A DNA stretch of 64,000 nt from Pseudomonadales bacterium (GTDB taxonomy: Bacteria > Pseudomonadota > Gammaproteobacteria > Pseudomonadales > Azotimanducaceae). Made by a program: the position numbers and the translations under genes. A model generated the notes under the pieces. That model saw only the letters and a program-made list of their open reading frames with translations, did not search any database and had not been told where the DNA came from. Below are positions 35,769 to 45,829 of the stretch, piece by piece (position 1 is the stretch's first letter; every line of letters begins with the position of its first letter). The stretch spans positions 1,593 to 65,592 of the forward strand of contig WTGV01000043.1 in NCBI GenBank assembly GCA_011525295.1, given 5' to 3'.

Positions 35769-36650
35769 TTACTCCGTGTGTTCCAAAAGTTTGGTACCAA
35801 TCCAATGCTGTGCAAAGTGTGCTGCTGTTCGACCACTTCGAACACCTCGATTTAACGCCCACTGTAAAGCTTGTTTTCTAGTGTCTTCGGTTATGTCTAT
35901 CTTGAGCTTGTATTGATTTGCTAACTTTTGAATCCAGTGGTTCACTACTCGTAGATACTGCTCTTGGTTAAAGGGATGAAATGCCAACCAAAGACCAAAT
36001 CTATCGGAGAGTGAAATTTTTTCTTCGATAGCTTCCGCTTCGTGTAGGTCGTGCTGATTTGCCCCTTCGTTGTCACTTTGCAATTCTGTAATGAGATGCC
36101 GTCGATTCGAAGTTACATACAAGAGGATGTTCGTCGTTGCAGTTACGAACGAGCCTTCTAAAGCACTCTTTAGGTCCTTGTAGCTGAAATCAAACGTATC
36201 AAATGACAAGTCATCGCAGAAAATGACAAATTTGTACGGAAGGGTTCCCAAGATTTCAGCAAGCACTCCAATCTCGGTTAAATAGTTTTTCTCTACCTCT
36301 ACTAACCTTAATCCACGATCCCCGAATTTCTGCAAGATTGCGTGAATGAGCGAAGACTTTCCTGTTCCTCTTGCTCCCCAGAGGAGTGCATTGTTTGCTG
36401 GTAGGCCGCGACAAAACAGTTCTGTGTTATTGATCAAGCTCGTTTTATGACGGTCTATCTCCAAGAGATCGTCGAGATCGTATGTTTCAAGATTTTTGAT
36501 TGGGTGGAACGTACTGTAGGTTTCGTAGTAGCGCCACTTGGCAGCAAGAGTGTGCTCCCAGTCAATCGATACAGTTTTCGGTAGGAAAACTCTGAGATCA
36601 TCCGCCAGACTCTCTAGTTTGTTGAGTAGTTGTCGAAGTTCCTGATCCAT
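35769..36650 (-). CDS. P-loop ATPase, DUF815 family
   Basis: LLWGARGTGKSSLIHA Walker A and FVIFCDDLSF Walker B. The ~290 aa length and overall pattern match DUF815 (PF05673). Confidence 0.7.
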   Translation of the reverse strand: MDQELRQLLNKLESLADDLRVFLPKTVSIDWEHTLAAKWRYYETYSTFHPIKNLETYDLDDLLEIDRHKTSLINNTELFCRGLPANNALLWGARGTGKSSLIHAILQKFGDRGLRLVEVEKNYLTEIGVLAEILGTLPYKFVIFCDDLSFDTFDFSYKDLKSALEGSFVTATTNILLYVTSNRRHLITELQSDNEGANQHDLHEAEAIEEKISLSDRFGLWLAFHPFNQEQYLRVVNHWIQKLANQYKLKIDITEDTRKQALQWALNRGVRSGRTAAHFAQHWIGTKLLEHTE

Positions 36651-36786
36651 AACTGATGGATTTTACGAAGCGCAATCGGACTCAATTTACGCAGTTTTAC
36701 CTTTTACTCGTGACGGTACTAGGAGCATGTAATACCTTCCGTGGGATATTTAATAAAATTTTTTGACCCTAGTTGAAGGTAATCTC

Positions 36787-38211
36787 ATGTCCGGTTTGTA
36801 CTCCGCGTTCATTGCCTATTTGATCGTTCTATTTCTAGTTGCTGTTTATGCCAACTATCGTACGAAATCGATGTCAGATTTCGCTATAGGAGGTCGTTCA
36901 ATCTCAAGTCCGGTCGCTGCTCTGTCCGCTGGAGCAAGTGATATGTCTGGTTGGTTACTGTTAGGACTGCCGGGGGCTATCTACCTAAGTGGCTTAGTAG
37001 AACTTTGGATTGTTTTTGGTTTAGTTGTTGGCGCGTTGCTAAATTGGACTCTTGTCGCAAAACGGCTACGTATCGCGAGCGTTGCTTGGGGAGATGCGAC
37101 CTCCATACCACATGTATTGAGGCTCCGAGTCGCCGCGAAGGGACCATTGTTGGAGATTGTTGCGGCAGTCGCAATAGTCGTATTTTTCACGATCTATATT
37201 TCTGCTGGGTTCATTGCTGGCGCAAAGTTGTTTGAGAGTGTGTTTAACTTAGATTACACTTGGGCACTGCTTCTTGGTGCCTTTATCGTGCTGTGTTACA
37301 CAGCACTTGGAGGATTCCTCGCGGTGAGCTGGACGGATACGTTTCAAGCTCTATTGATGATGTTGGTATTGGTTTTAGTACCAATTCTTGCCTTCAGCGT
37401 AGGTAGTGCCAACGAGAATTTGAACACTACCGCTCCGCCGGTTTGGGACGCTAACGCATATGGAATTCTCAGTGTAATCGGACTCCTGGCTTGGGGTCTA
37501 GGTTACTTCGGGCAACCTCACATACTAAAGAGATTCATGGCGTTGAAAAACCCCGACGATGCCCGAGCAGCCCGCACTATTGGCCTGTCATGGATGATCA
37601 TCTCATGTCTCGGTGCAGTCGCGGTAGCCTACGCAGGGCTGCATCTCTTGCCCAGAATCGAGGATGAAGAGACAATTCTGATCAAACTTAGCGAGATTTT
37701 GTTAAATCCATGGATCGCGGGCGTTGTTATCGCTGCGATCATGGCAGCCGCTATGAGTACCGTAGACTCTCAGTTAATGGTAATTACCACATCCATCGTC
37801 AATTCCCGGTGGCTCAGCGATAGATCCGCGTTGTTCGTGAATCGAATCGGTGTAATTGTTATTGGTACGATTGCATTGCTACTTGCTCTCGATCCCGAGA
37901 GTAAGATCTTTGGTACGGTAAGCTTGGCATGGGCTGGAATCGGAGCAAGCATTGGTCCGTCTGTGCTATTTTCGTTGTACTACCGAAAAACTACTGGTCC
38001 AGCACTGGTGGCTGGGATTTTTGTAGCCATTGTGGTCGTACCAATTTGGAAAGAATGGTTGTCCGGCGGAGTTTTTGACGTCTATGCCCTGCTCCCAGCA
38101 TTCTTACTGTCCAGCATAGTGATTTGGATCGTCTCTCGACTGTGGCCTGATGAGCTAGCTCAGGAGCGTTTCGATGAGTTTAGAAAACAAGTAGGGTCAA
38201 GTTCGACGTAA
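36787..38211 (+). CDS. putP: sodium/proline symporter (SSF family)
   Basis: GGRSISSPVAALSAGASDMSGWLLLGLPGAIYLSG closely parallels E. coli PutP. The ATG at 36787 has a GAAGG SD 8 nt upstream. The ORF-track TTG at 36763 is probably too early. Confidence 0.85.
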   Translation: MSGLYSAFIAYLIVLFLVAVYANYRTKSMSDFAIGGRSISSPVAALSAGASDMSGWLLLGLPGAIYLSGLVELWIVFGLVVGALLNWTLVAKRLRIASVAWGDATSIPHVLRLRVAAKGPLLEIVAAVAIVVFFTIYISAGFIAGAKLFESVFNLDYTWALLLGAFIVLCYTALGGFLAVSWTDTFQALLMMLVLVLVPILAFSVGSANENLNTTAPPVWDANAYGILSVIGLLAWGLGYFGQPHILKRFMALKNPDDARAARTIGLSWMIISCLGAVAVAYAGLHLLPRIEDEETILIKLSEILLNPWIAGVVIAAIMAAAMSTVDSQLMVITTSIVNSRWLSDRSALFVNRIGVIVIGTIALLLALDPESKIFGTVSLAWAGIGASIGPSVLFSLYYRKTTGPALVAGIFVAIVVVPIWKEWLSGGVFDVYALLPAFLLSSIVIWIVSRLWPDELAQERFDEFRKQVGSSST

Positions 38212-38598
38212 CGGGACGATATTATCTGTTTGTTTACTAAAGGTTTGATGATCAAGATTTTCACCGTCTAACCCGATCTTACCTTTATCGAAGTATCGTA
38301 TTTCGTAAGTGAATTCGTCACCGCTTGCTTCAGAGAGTATTAACGAAGACTGACTGATTCGCCACGTTCCTTGTTTGACTTCGTCCCGTTGACGGAATTC
38401 ATACGTACCTTTGGAATGTTCCCCGTTAAACGAAAGGAACACAGGATCCTGCCCGTCTGTTGGTGCATCCTGTGCCCACGAACCAGGCAGTTCTAAACTC
38501 GCAAGCCATTTCTGTCGTGCGGTATTTGTTCTACTATACCAGGCCATCAGAATCAACGCGATCGCTATCAATCCAAAAAGTAGACCGATCCGTCCCAT
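38197..38598 (-). CDS. hypothetical membrane-anchored protein
   Basis: One N-terminal TM (IGLLFGLIAIALILMAW) and no recognisable domain. Its 3' end overlaps putP by 15 nt, convergently. Confidence 0.4.
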   Translation of the reverse strand: MGRIGLLFGLIAIALILMAWYSRTNTARQKWLASLELPGSWAQDAPTDGQDPVFLSFNGEHSKGTYEFRQRDEVKQGTWRISQSSLILSEASGDEFTYEIRYFDKGKIGLDGENLDHQTFSKQTDNIVPLRRT

Positions 38599-38813
38599 AA
38601 TTCGAAGCTAACTCATGACACGTAATTGAGAACGGGGAACATACCAATTTGCCGTCTCATTCCTGAGATGCGTGCAAAAATTCCAAGCTCACGAAGAGCT
38701 TTCGCGTGGGATCGAAATTGTAATATATTTCCACTGTTATTAGATACTTGCTTTTATATAGATATACTATTTAAAATGAGAGCATATAAAGACCGATTGT
38801 AAGATAGGATCAA

Positions 38814-40298
38814 CTAACCGAACCCCATTTCCTCAATGTCTACGGGAACTAACGGATACTGAATCCCAGCCCATTTTTGTACGACACGGACCACTTGACA
38901 ACAATATCCAAATTCATTGTCATACCATGCATAGATTTGAACGTGCTTACCGTCATCCGCAACGATTGTCGCTTGTCCGTCGACAATACAGGCGTGTCTA
39001 TTCCCGATAAAGTCTGACGAGACTACTTCAGATTCAAAGGTATAGTCGATCTGCCTTTGCAAGGTCGAGAACAACGAAACATCACGTAAGTATCGCGTTA
39101 CTTCTTCCTTGTTCGTCTCTGACTCAAGCGTCAAGTTTAATATAGCCAACGATACGTTTGGAAGAGGTACTCTAATGGCATTGCCGGTAAGACGTCCTTT
39201 TAGATGTGGTAAAAAACTCGCTACTGCTTTCGATGCCCCGGTTTCCGTGATCACTAGGTTTAACGGTGCTCCTCGACCACGACGATCCTTCTTGTGATAG
39301 TTATCTGTTAAATTTTGGTCCGGTGTATAGGCATGTACGGTTTCCATGTGCCCATATTCAATGCGGTACTTATTGTCCATTACTTTCAAAATGGGAACAA
39401 TCGCATTCGTAGTACATGACCCTGCAGAGATGATTTTTTGATCTCTGGACAGTATGTGCGAATTTATGCCCGATACTATATTTGGTACGGAACCTTTAGA
39501 AGGAGCGGTAACAATGACTCGATCAACACCCTTCGCTTCTAAATGCTGTCCTAATCCAACTTCGTTCCGCCAGACTCCGGTATTGTCAATTACCATGGCG
39601 TTTTCAATACCGTATTGCTCGTAGTCAACCTCGGCGGGATTAGTCGCATATATGAAACGCACAACGTTTCCATTAATGATGAGGCAATTGTTTTCCCTAT
39701 CGATACGAATCGTACCAGAAAAGTCGCCATGAACGGAATCGTGGCGTAACAGTAGCGCGCGTTTTTCGAGGTCGTTTTGTGGTGCAGGCCGTAGTACCAC
39801 GGCCCTTAATCGCAACTGATCGCCGCTACCAGTCTTTTCAATCAATAATCGAGCAAGTAGACGACCAATTCGACCAAAACCATAGAGCACGACGTCCTGA
39901 GGTTTGGCTAGTGGTTTTACGTGTCTTCCTGCTACATGAGCACACTGTTCACGTGCGTACTCCTCCACTGTTGGAGGGTTTTCGCCGTACTCGCATAAAT
40001 TCATATGTTTGACTGTGAGTTGCCCCAGATCAAAGTGCGCCGGGCCGCAATCTAACTCGGAAACCGCCTTGAGCATCGGGTACGTCTCAAATTCTGACAG
40101 TTCGTTCTGCGCGGTTTGTCGAACAAACCGATGGGTGCTCATGATATCGGTAACACTCTTGTTGTATAGCGCACGCCCAAATAGATAGGTAACGATGTTT
40201 TTACGATACAGTTGTCCAATCATTGGAATCATTGCTTCCGCGAGTGTTTCGCGTTCTTTCCAATCTGGGAAATAATCGTCTAAATGGTCTAAAGCCAA
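38814..40298 (-). CDS. gap: glyceraldehyde-3-phosphate dehydrogenase, long (~490 aa) form
   Basis: Rossmann motif VLYGFGRIGR and catalytic SCTTNA (GSCTTNAIVP). The ~130-aa N-terminal extension is as in the Pseudomonas long-form GAPDH. Confidence 0.85.
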   Translation of the reverse strand: MALDHLDDYFPDWKERETLAEAMIPMIGQLYRKNIVTYLFGRALYNKSVTDIMSTHRFVRQTAQNELSEFETYPMLKAVSELDCGPAHFDLGQLTVKHMNLCEYGENPPTVEEYAREQCAHVAGRHVKPLAKPQDVVLYGFGRIGRLLARLLIEKTGSGDQLRLRAVVLRPAPQNDLEKRALLLRHDSVHGDFSGTIRIDRENNCLIINGNVVRFIYATNPAEVDYEQYGIENAMVIDNTGVWRNEVGLGQHLEAKGVDRVIVTAPSKGSVPNIVSGINSHILSRDQKIISAGSCTTNAIVPILKVMDNKYRIEYGHMETVHAYTPDQNLTDNYHKKDRRGRGAPLNLVITETGASKAVASFLPHLKGRLTGNAIRVPLPNVSLAILNLTLESETNKEEVTRYLRDVSLFSTLQRQIDYTFESEVVSSDFIGNRHACIVDGQATIVADDGKHVQIYAWYDNEFGYCCQVVRVVQKWAGIQYPLVPVDIEEMGFG

Positions 40299-40464
40299 TG
40301 TAATTTCCTACTTAATTTAGTCACCTGTCCTATCCAAACAGGAAAAAATGAAATTTGCCCCACTGACTTAAACCCCAGCTCCTGTCATTTGGAATAAGAT
40401 CAACGGTAAGAGTCGCGCTGCAATTTGTCTGTAAATCTCTAAAGTGATGTCTTTCCGGCAAATT

Positions 40465-41520
40465 TCAACGAAGGCTTTCGTTGATTTGCTCTAGTTTCTC
40501 TGCTCTAGGACACAGACTCTCCTGTTCTAAACCATTAAAGGGAGTATCGGAAGTTCCTAAGATGTCGTGGCAATCCACCGCGTCTTCCTCTAAAAAGAGA
40601 AGCCCAGTTACTATCTCACCCTCCTCTTGAGCTTGTTGAACATAGGTCAACGCAGAAACTCGGTCATCGGGTTCGTAGGAGTCGGAAAGCTTTCGTAACT
40701 GGAGTTTGGATCCATCGTGCATCGACACGGAAATGGTAGTGCCCTCCTCGTATTCGACGGCTATTTCGTCTCGAGGCATTATCAGATTCGCATCGACCAC
40801 TGGCTCGGTGTGATTACGAACGTGGGAGTAGCTCTTCGTGGAACCCTCGTGATTGTTGAACATCACGCAAGGTGAGATTACATCAATGAATGCAAAACCC
40901 TTGTGTAGTACGGCGGCTTTAATCAGAGGGATCAATTGCTGTTTGTCTCCGGAGAAACTACGTGCCACGAAACTTGCACCCAGTTGAATCGCTAAGCTCA
41001 CTAAATCGATTGGTGCATACAGATTTGGAACTCCGCGTTTGCTAGTAGAACCCCGGTCATTTGTTGCCGAGAACTGGCCCTTGGTAAGACCGTAGGTCCC
41101 ATTGTTATCAACGATATAGCACATATCGACTTTTCGACGAATGATGTGGGCGAACTGACCAAGTCCGATCGAGGCACTATCCCCATCGCCCGAGATACCA
41201 ATGTATTTGAGCTCTTTGTTGGCGAGATATGCGCCGGTGGCTATTGATGGCATCCGCCCATGCACGGAGTTAAAACCGTGTGCGTTCCCTAGAAAATAGC
41301 TCGGTGTCTTTGAAGAACAGCCAATACCCGACACTTTGGCAAATTGATGTGGTGGTATTGACAATTCGTGGCACGCTTGAATCACAGCCGCGCTCACGGA
41401 ATCATGGCCACACCCTGCACAAAGCGTTGAGACGATTGCTTCATAATCCCGCCGTGTCAGCCCTATTTCATTCGTCTTCAGTAACGGATGTCGAGCCTTG
41501 GGTTTAGGTACGAACGTCAT
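40465..41520 (-). CDS. korB: 2-oxoacid:ferredoxin oxidoreductase beta subunit (TPP-binding)
   Basis: CAGCGHD and the TPP motif GISGDGDSASIG. 351 aa. ATGA overlap with korA. Confidence 0.85.
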   Translation of the reverse strand: MTFVPKPKARHPLLKTNEIGLTRRDYEAIVSTLCAGCGHDSVSAAVIQACHELSIPPHQFAKVSGIGCSSKTPSYFLGNAHGFNSVHGRMPSIATGAYLANKELKYIGISGDGDSASIGLGQFAHIIRRKVDMCYIVDNNGTYGLTKGQFSATNDRGSTSKRGVPNLYAPIDLVSLAIQLGASFVARSFSGDKQQLIPLIKAAVLHKGFAFIDVISPCVMFNNHEGSTKSYSHVRNHTEPVVDANLIMPRDEIAVEYEEGTTISVSMHDGSKLQLRKLSDSYEPDDRVSALTYVQQAQEEGEIVTGLLFLEEDAVDCHDILGTSDTPFNGLEQESLCPRAEKLEQINESLR

Positions 41521-43340
41521 GATTCCACCTCTCTCAATCGAGGTAACTTGTTAACGACATAGTGCTCGGTCACTTCATCGACAATGTAGTCCGCAGAAAT
41601 CGAAAATCCCCCATAATACAGGATCGAAACAAACTTCTTGGGATCAACTCCTAAGTCGAACGAAAGGAGTGATTTCATTTGGGCGTCGCGATTCTGTTCC
41701 ACCAAAAAGATTTTCTCATGGGAGTCTATAAATTCAACCACTTCTGGTCCGAAGGGATAACTTCGAATACGAAGCGAGTTTAATGTAATCCCGTTTTCAT
41801 CCAACAAACCTAACGACTCTTTCATTGGTGTGGTGGTCGTACCATAGTAGATAATGCCCGCACGACCATTTCGTTGTTCGATTTCGGACGGCGGCATGAG
41901 ACTACGGACGGTTTCCCACTTTTTGGTGAGACGATCCATGTTGTGTATGTAGCTCTGGGCATCTTCAGTGTACACCGCCCACTCGTTCCTCGAAGACCCG
42001 CGCGTAAAGAAAGATCCTTTGGTAGGATGTGTTCCCGGCAACGTGCGGTACCCTATTCCGTCGCCGTCGACATCCACATATCGACCATAGCGTTCTATTT
42101 GCTCGAGATCTTCGAAATTGAGCACTTTACCACGGTCATATTGGCGCGCATCGTCCCACTGGAACGGCTCGGAAAGTGTTTGATTCATACCTAGTTCAAG
42201 GTCCGTCATGACTATCACAGGAGACTGAATGCGTTCAGCTAAATCAAATGCATCGGCCGCGAAATCAAAACACTCTTTCGGATTCGCGGGAAGAAGTATT
42301 GGATGCTTGGTATCGCCGTGTGATGCAAATGCTACGCTCAAGATGTCTGATTGTTGTGTTCGCGTCGGCATGCCCGTTGAAGGACCTGCTCGCTGCACGT
42401 CAAACACAACAGCGGGTACTTCGGCAAAATAAGCTAATCCCAGAAATTCGTTCATCAAAGAAATTCCGGGACCGCTCGTAGCTGTGAAAGCACGAGCTCC
42501 ATTCCACCCAGCACCTATGACCATCCCTATCGCTGACAGCTCGTCCTCAGCTTGAATAATGGCAAAATTCTTCTTTTTTGTTTCGGGCTCGACACGTAGT
42601 CTTGAAGCATGCTTATCGAAAGCATCAGCTACGGACGTTGAAGGTGTAATCGGATACCACGCACACAATGTCGCGCCACCATAGATCGCGCCAAGAGCAG
42701 CGGCTTCATTTCCGTCAACGAGAATTCGATCACCAATTAGATCAGCACTCTTAACCTGTACGTCCATGGGGCATGGGAGATATTTCAAAGCATAGTTTCG
42801 GCCTAGTTCCAACGCTCGAATATTGGGCTGAATGAGTTTATCTTTGCCACGATATTGGGAAGCAACCATACTTGTAAGAACATCAAACTCCATATTGAGC
42901 AATGCCGATAGTGCTCCAACATACACGATATTCTTGAACAATTGGCGTTGTTTCGGATCCGAAAACTCTGACAGGATTAACTTCGTAATTGGAAGCCCGA
43001 TCGCATGTACGTCGTCTCGATAGAGTTCACGAGGCCGACCACGAGTACTGTCATAAATCAGATACCCGCCACTTTCTAACCGGTTTACGTCCTCCTGGTA
43101 AGTCTCGGCATTCATCGCGACCATGATGTCTACTTTATCTCGGCGACCGAAGTATTCACGTGCAGATGCTCGTACTTCAAACCATGTAGGAAGACCTTGA
43201 ATATTTGACGGAAAGATGTTCCTCGTTGTTACCGGAATACCCATCCGAAACAATGCTTTCGCGAACATTCCATTCGCACTAGCTGAACCAGAGCCATTGA
43301 CATTCGCGAACCGAATGACAAACTCGTTAAATGAACTCAT
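41517..43340 (-). CDS. korA: 2-oxoacid:ferredoxin oxidoreductase alpha subunit (fused gamma-alpha domains)
   Basis: The N-terminus FANVNGSGSASANGMFAKALFRMGIPV (gamma-like domain) is followed by the pyrimidine-binding alpha domain. 607 aa. ATGA overlap with the upstream gene. Confidence 0.85.
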   Translation of the reverse strand: MSSFNEFVIRFANVNGSGSASANGMFAKALFRMGIPVTTRNIFPSNIQGLPTWFEVRASAREYFGRRDKVDIMVAMNAETYQEDVNRLESGGYLIYDSTRGRPRELYRDDVHAIGLPITKLILSEFSDPKQRQLFKNIVYVGALSALLNMEFDVLTSMVASQYRGKDKLIQPNIRALELGRNYALKYLPCPMDVQVKSADLIGDRILVDGNEAAALGAIYGGATLCAWYPITPSTSVADAFDKHASRLRVEPETKKKNFAIIQAEDELSAIGMVIGAGWNGARAFTATSGPGISLMNEFLGLAYFAEVPAVVFDVQRAGPSTGMPTRTQQSDILSVAFASHGDTKHPILLPANPKECFDFAADAFDLAERIQSPVIVMTDLELGMNQTLSEPFQWDDARQYDRGKVLNFEDLEQIERYGRYVDVDGDGIGYRTLPGTHPTKGSFFTRGSSRNEWAVYTEDAQSYIHNMDRLTKKWETVRSLMPPSEIEQRNGRAGIIYYGTTTTPMKESLGLLDENGITLNSLRIRSYPFGPEVVEFIDSHEKIFLVEQNRDAQMKSLLSFDLGVDPKKFVSILYYGGFSISADYIVDEVTEHYVVNKLPRLREVES

Positions 43341-45130
43341 TCAGCGTAGCTACTGAGTTGTGGAATATGAATGATTGACTTTTGCATGTCCCACGCGTTC
43401 GTTGGACATCGTTCCGCGCAAAGACCGCAGTGCAAGCATAGGTCTTCGTCTTTCACCATGACTCGGTTAGTCGGCAGTGTTTCCGATACGTAAAGATCCT
43501 GGTCTAAGGTCTCTGCCGGTGCTGTCAAAGCTGTACGTAATTCTGCTTCAGGTGCGTTGGGCGTAAATGTAATGCAGTCCATGGGACAAATATCGACACA
43601 CGCGTCGCATTCAATACAGAGTTTTTCTGTAAACACGGTCTGGACATCGCAGTTCAAGCACCGCTGAGCTTCTTTGAAACCTAGGTCTTCATCAAAGCCC
43701 AATTCGACTTCGACTTTGATATTGTCCAATGAGCGTTTTAGATCGGCGTGCGGTACGATATGTCGTTGCGACGGATCGTGTTCAGCATCATAACTCCACT
43801 CATGAAGACCCATCTTTTGACTGATGAGGTTTACTGCTTCTGGTGGTCGATCGTGTTTTGGATCTTTGCCTTGACAGAAAAGGTGAATGGAGATCGCTGC
43901 CTTGTGCGCGTGCGCAGAAGCCCAAATAATGTTTTCTGGTCCGAACGCCGAATCACCACCGAAAAATATCTTCTCGTGAGTAGACTGGAGTGAATCCTCG
44001 TCGATAACGGGACAATCCCACTTGTCGAACTCGATGCCAAGATCTCGTTCGATCCACGGGCAATGATTTTCTTGTCCTATTGCCATCAAAATGTGATTGG
44101 CTTCTATATACACGTCGGGTTCCCCCGTTGGGACATATTTGAGCCTGCCGTCGACTTCGACAGGTTTGACACGGCCGAATACCACCCCCTTCAATTTTCC
44201 ATTCTCATGAACAAATTCCTTGGGTGGTCGATTGTTGAGGATGGGAATACCCTCGGCCATTGCGTCCTCTTTTTCCCAGTCGCTGGCTTTCATTACGTCG
44301 AATGCGGAACGAACTACGACCGTTACAGACTCCGCACCAAGTCGATTGGAAGTTCGACAACAGTCCATCGCGGTGTTTCCTCCGCCCATGACGATGACTT
44401 TACCTGAGATTGAAGTTGTGTGTCCAAACGCGACACTTGAAAGCCAATCTATGCCGATAGAAATGTGCTTACTTACCTCCTTCCGACCTGGTAAATCTAA
44501 GTCTCGGCCACGCGGCGCACCTGTACCCACAAAATATGCATCGTAATCCATATCAAGCATCTCTTTCATGCTCGTGATTTCGTAGTTGTAGCGGGCATTT
44601 ACACCCATATTTACTATAAGATCGACCTCTTCTTCGAGGACGTCCTTCGGCAACCGAAAAGCAGGAATTTGACTACGCATCATTCCTCCTCCACCTGGAT
44701 CTCGATCAAACATATCAATCGTGTACCCAAGAGGTAACAAATCGCGTGCGACCGCTAAAGAAGCAGGACCTGCACCAAGCAACGCAATTCGCTTCCTATT
44801 TTTCTTTTTGGGTACCTTTGGTAAATAAGGAGTTATGTCTCCCTTGTGATCTGCTGCGACACGCTTCAATCGACAGATGGCAACAGGTTTTTCCTCTGTT
44901 CGAACACGTCGACACGCTGGTTCACACGGTCGATCGCAAGTTCTACCCAATATACCGGGAAACACGTTGGACTCCCAATTGATCATGTAGGCTTCAGTGT
45001 ATCTCTCCTGAGCGATGAGCCTAATGTATTCCGGTACGGGCGTATGTGCTGGACATGCCCATTGGCAGTCAACGACTTTATGAAAGTAGTTTGGGTTGTG
45101 AATATCAGTGGGTTGCATGTACGCAGTCAC
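43337..45130 (-). CDS. GltD/SudA-like NAD(P)H-dependent flavoprotein fused to a C-terminal 2x[4Fe-4S] ferredoxin domain
   Basis: N-terminal Cys clusters CQWACPAH...CDRPCEPAC. Dinucleotide folds IALLGAGPASLAVA and VIVMGGGNTAMDC. C-terminal CIECDACVDICP and CLHCGLCAERCP. Confidence 0.75.
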   Translation of the reverse strand: MTAYMQPTDIHNPNYFHKVVDCQWACPAHTPVPEYIRLIAQERYTEAYMINWESNVFPGILGRTCDRPCEPACRRVRTEEKPVAICRLKRVAADHKGDITPYLPKVPKKKNRKRIALLGAGPASLAVARDLLPLGYTIDMFDRDPGGGGMMRSQIPAFRLPKDVLEEEVDLIVNMGVNARYNYEITSMKEMLDMDYDAYFVGTGAPRGRDLDLPGRKEVSKHISIGIDWLSSVAFGHTTSISGKVIVMGGGNTAMDCCRTSNRLGAESVTVVVRSAFDVMKASDWEKEDAMAEGIPILNNRPPKEFVHENGKLKGVVFGRVKPVEVDGRLKYVPTGEPDVYIEANHILMAIGQENHCPWIERDLGIEFDKWDCPVIDEDSLQSTHEKIFFGGDSAFGPENIIWASAHAHKAAISIHLFCQGKDPKHDRPPEAVNLISQKMGLHEWSYDAEHDPSQRHIVPHADLKRSLDNIKVEVELGFDEDLGFKEAQRCLNCDVQTVFTEKLCIECDACVDICPMDCITFTPNAPEAELRTALTAPAETLDQDLYVSETLPTNRVMVKDEDLCLHCGLCAERCPTNAWDMQKSIIHIPQLSSYAE

Positions 45131-45226
45131 CGGTTTGAAGTAAGAACAGCGTTTTGTATGGATGTTTAACGCAAGGTGCCGTCGGCAGTGAGAAAACTAA
45201 TAGCTTTCAAATAAGATGTGATGTTT

Positions 45227-45295
45227 TAGACTAAATTTCTTGTGGTAGACTAGATTTTAACAATTTCTAAGTCTTTGACACTAGTACTTTAGACC
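45227..45295. promoter_or_regulatory. cluster of TAGAC-containing repeats upstream of the kor operon (possible operator array)
   Basis: TAGACTAAATTT (45227-38) and TAGACTAGATTT (45246-57) agree at 11 of 12 positions and lie 19 nt apart. An inverted, gapped copy CTAAGTCT lies at 45267-74 and a partial TTAGACC at 45289-95. The cluster is 97-165 nt upstream of the ATG at 45130. Confidence 0.3.
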
Positions 45296-45829
45296 CCAAA
45301 ATCGTGTGCTTGGTTCGCGACATTCAATCCGATAATCCTGTTTTCCCGACAGACAACTTATATCAAAGTACGCCGAAATTTCGCGTCCAAATTCTTAGCC
45401 AATACTTCACCAATCATTGTTCGAGATTGAGGTGTGTCAAAAAAGACTGTGTACCTTGTTATGGACGGGAGTCATTTCGATCATCTCGTGTTTACGATTT
45501 ATAGAGCATGTACCTACTAGAATTTTTGTCCTGCGTACGAATAGCTTATTATTCGTTCCCAAAGTGGAAAAACTGTTTTCTACCTGGTGAAGACAGACCG
45601 GTTTGGTCGAGTTTTCAATCAATCGCAGTTTGGGAAAGGGTACGCGTCGGAGGATGTTAAATCTTGATTGAACCGATGTAGCTGGATCACGTAGATCTAC
45701 TACAGCAGATTGCGGACGAATGCTTAAAAGAATCTCTGTAGGACGATGACTCAAAAAGGCACGGAGTAACGGTCTACGAACTTTTTCTTAGGCTAATTCG
45801 AAGTGTTAAACTGAGCTCAACTTATCGAC

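Noticed and set aside
45437-45754. A 105-aa minus-strand ORF and a 66-aa plus-strand ORF (45304-45504) in the long kor leader.
   Set aside because: Neither has a recognisable domain, signal or ribosome-binding site. The 105-aa product is very basic. I treat the region as non-coding until shown otherwise.
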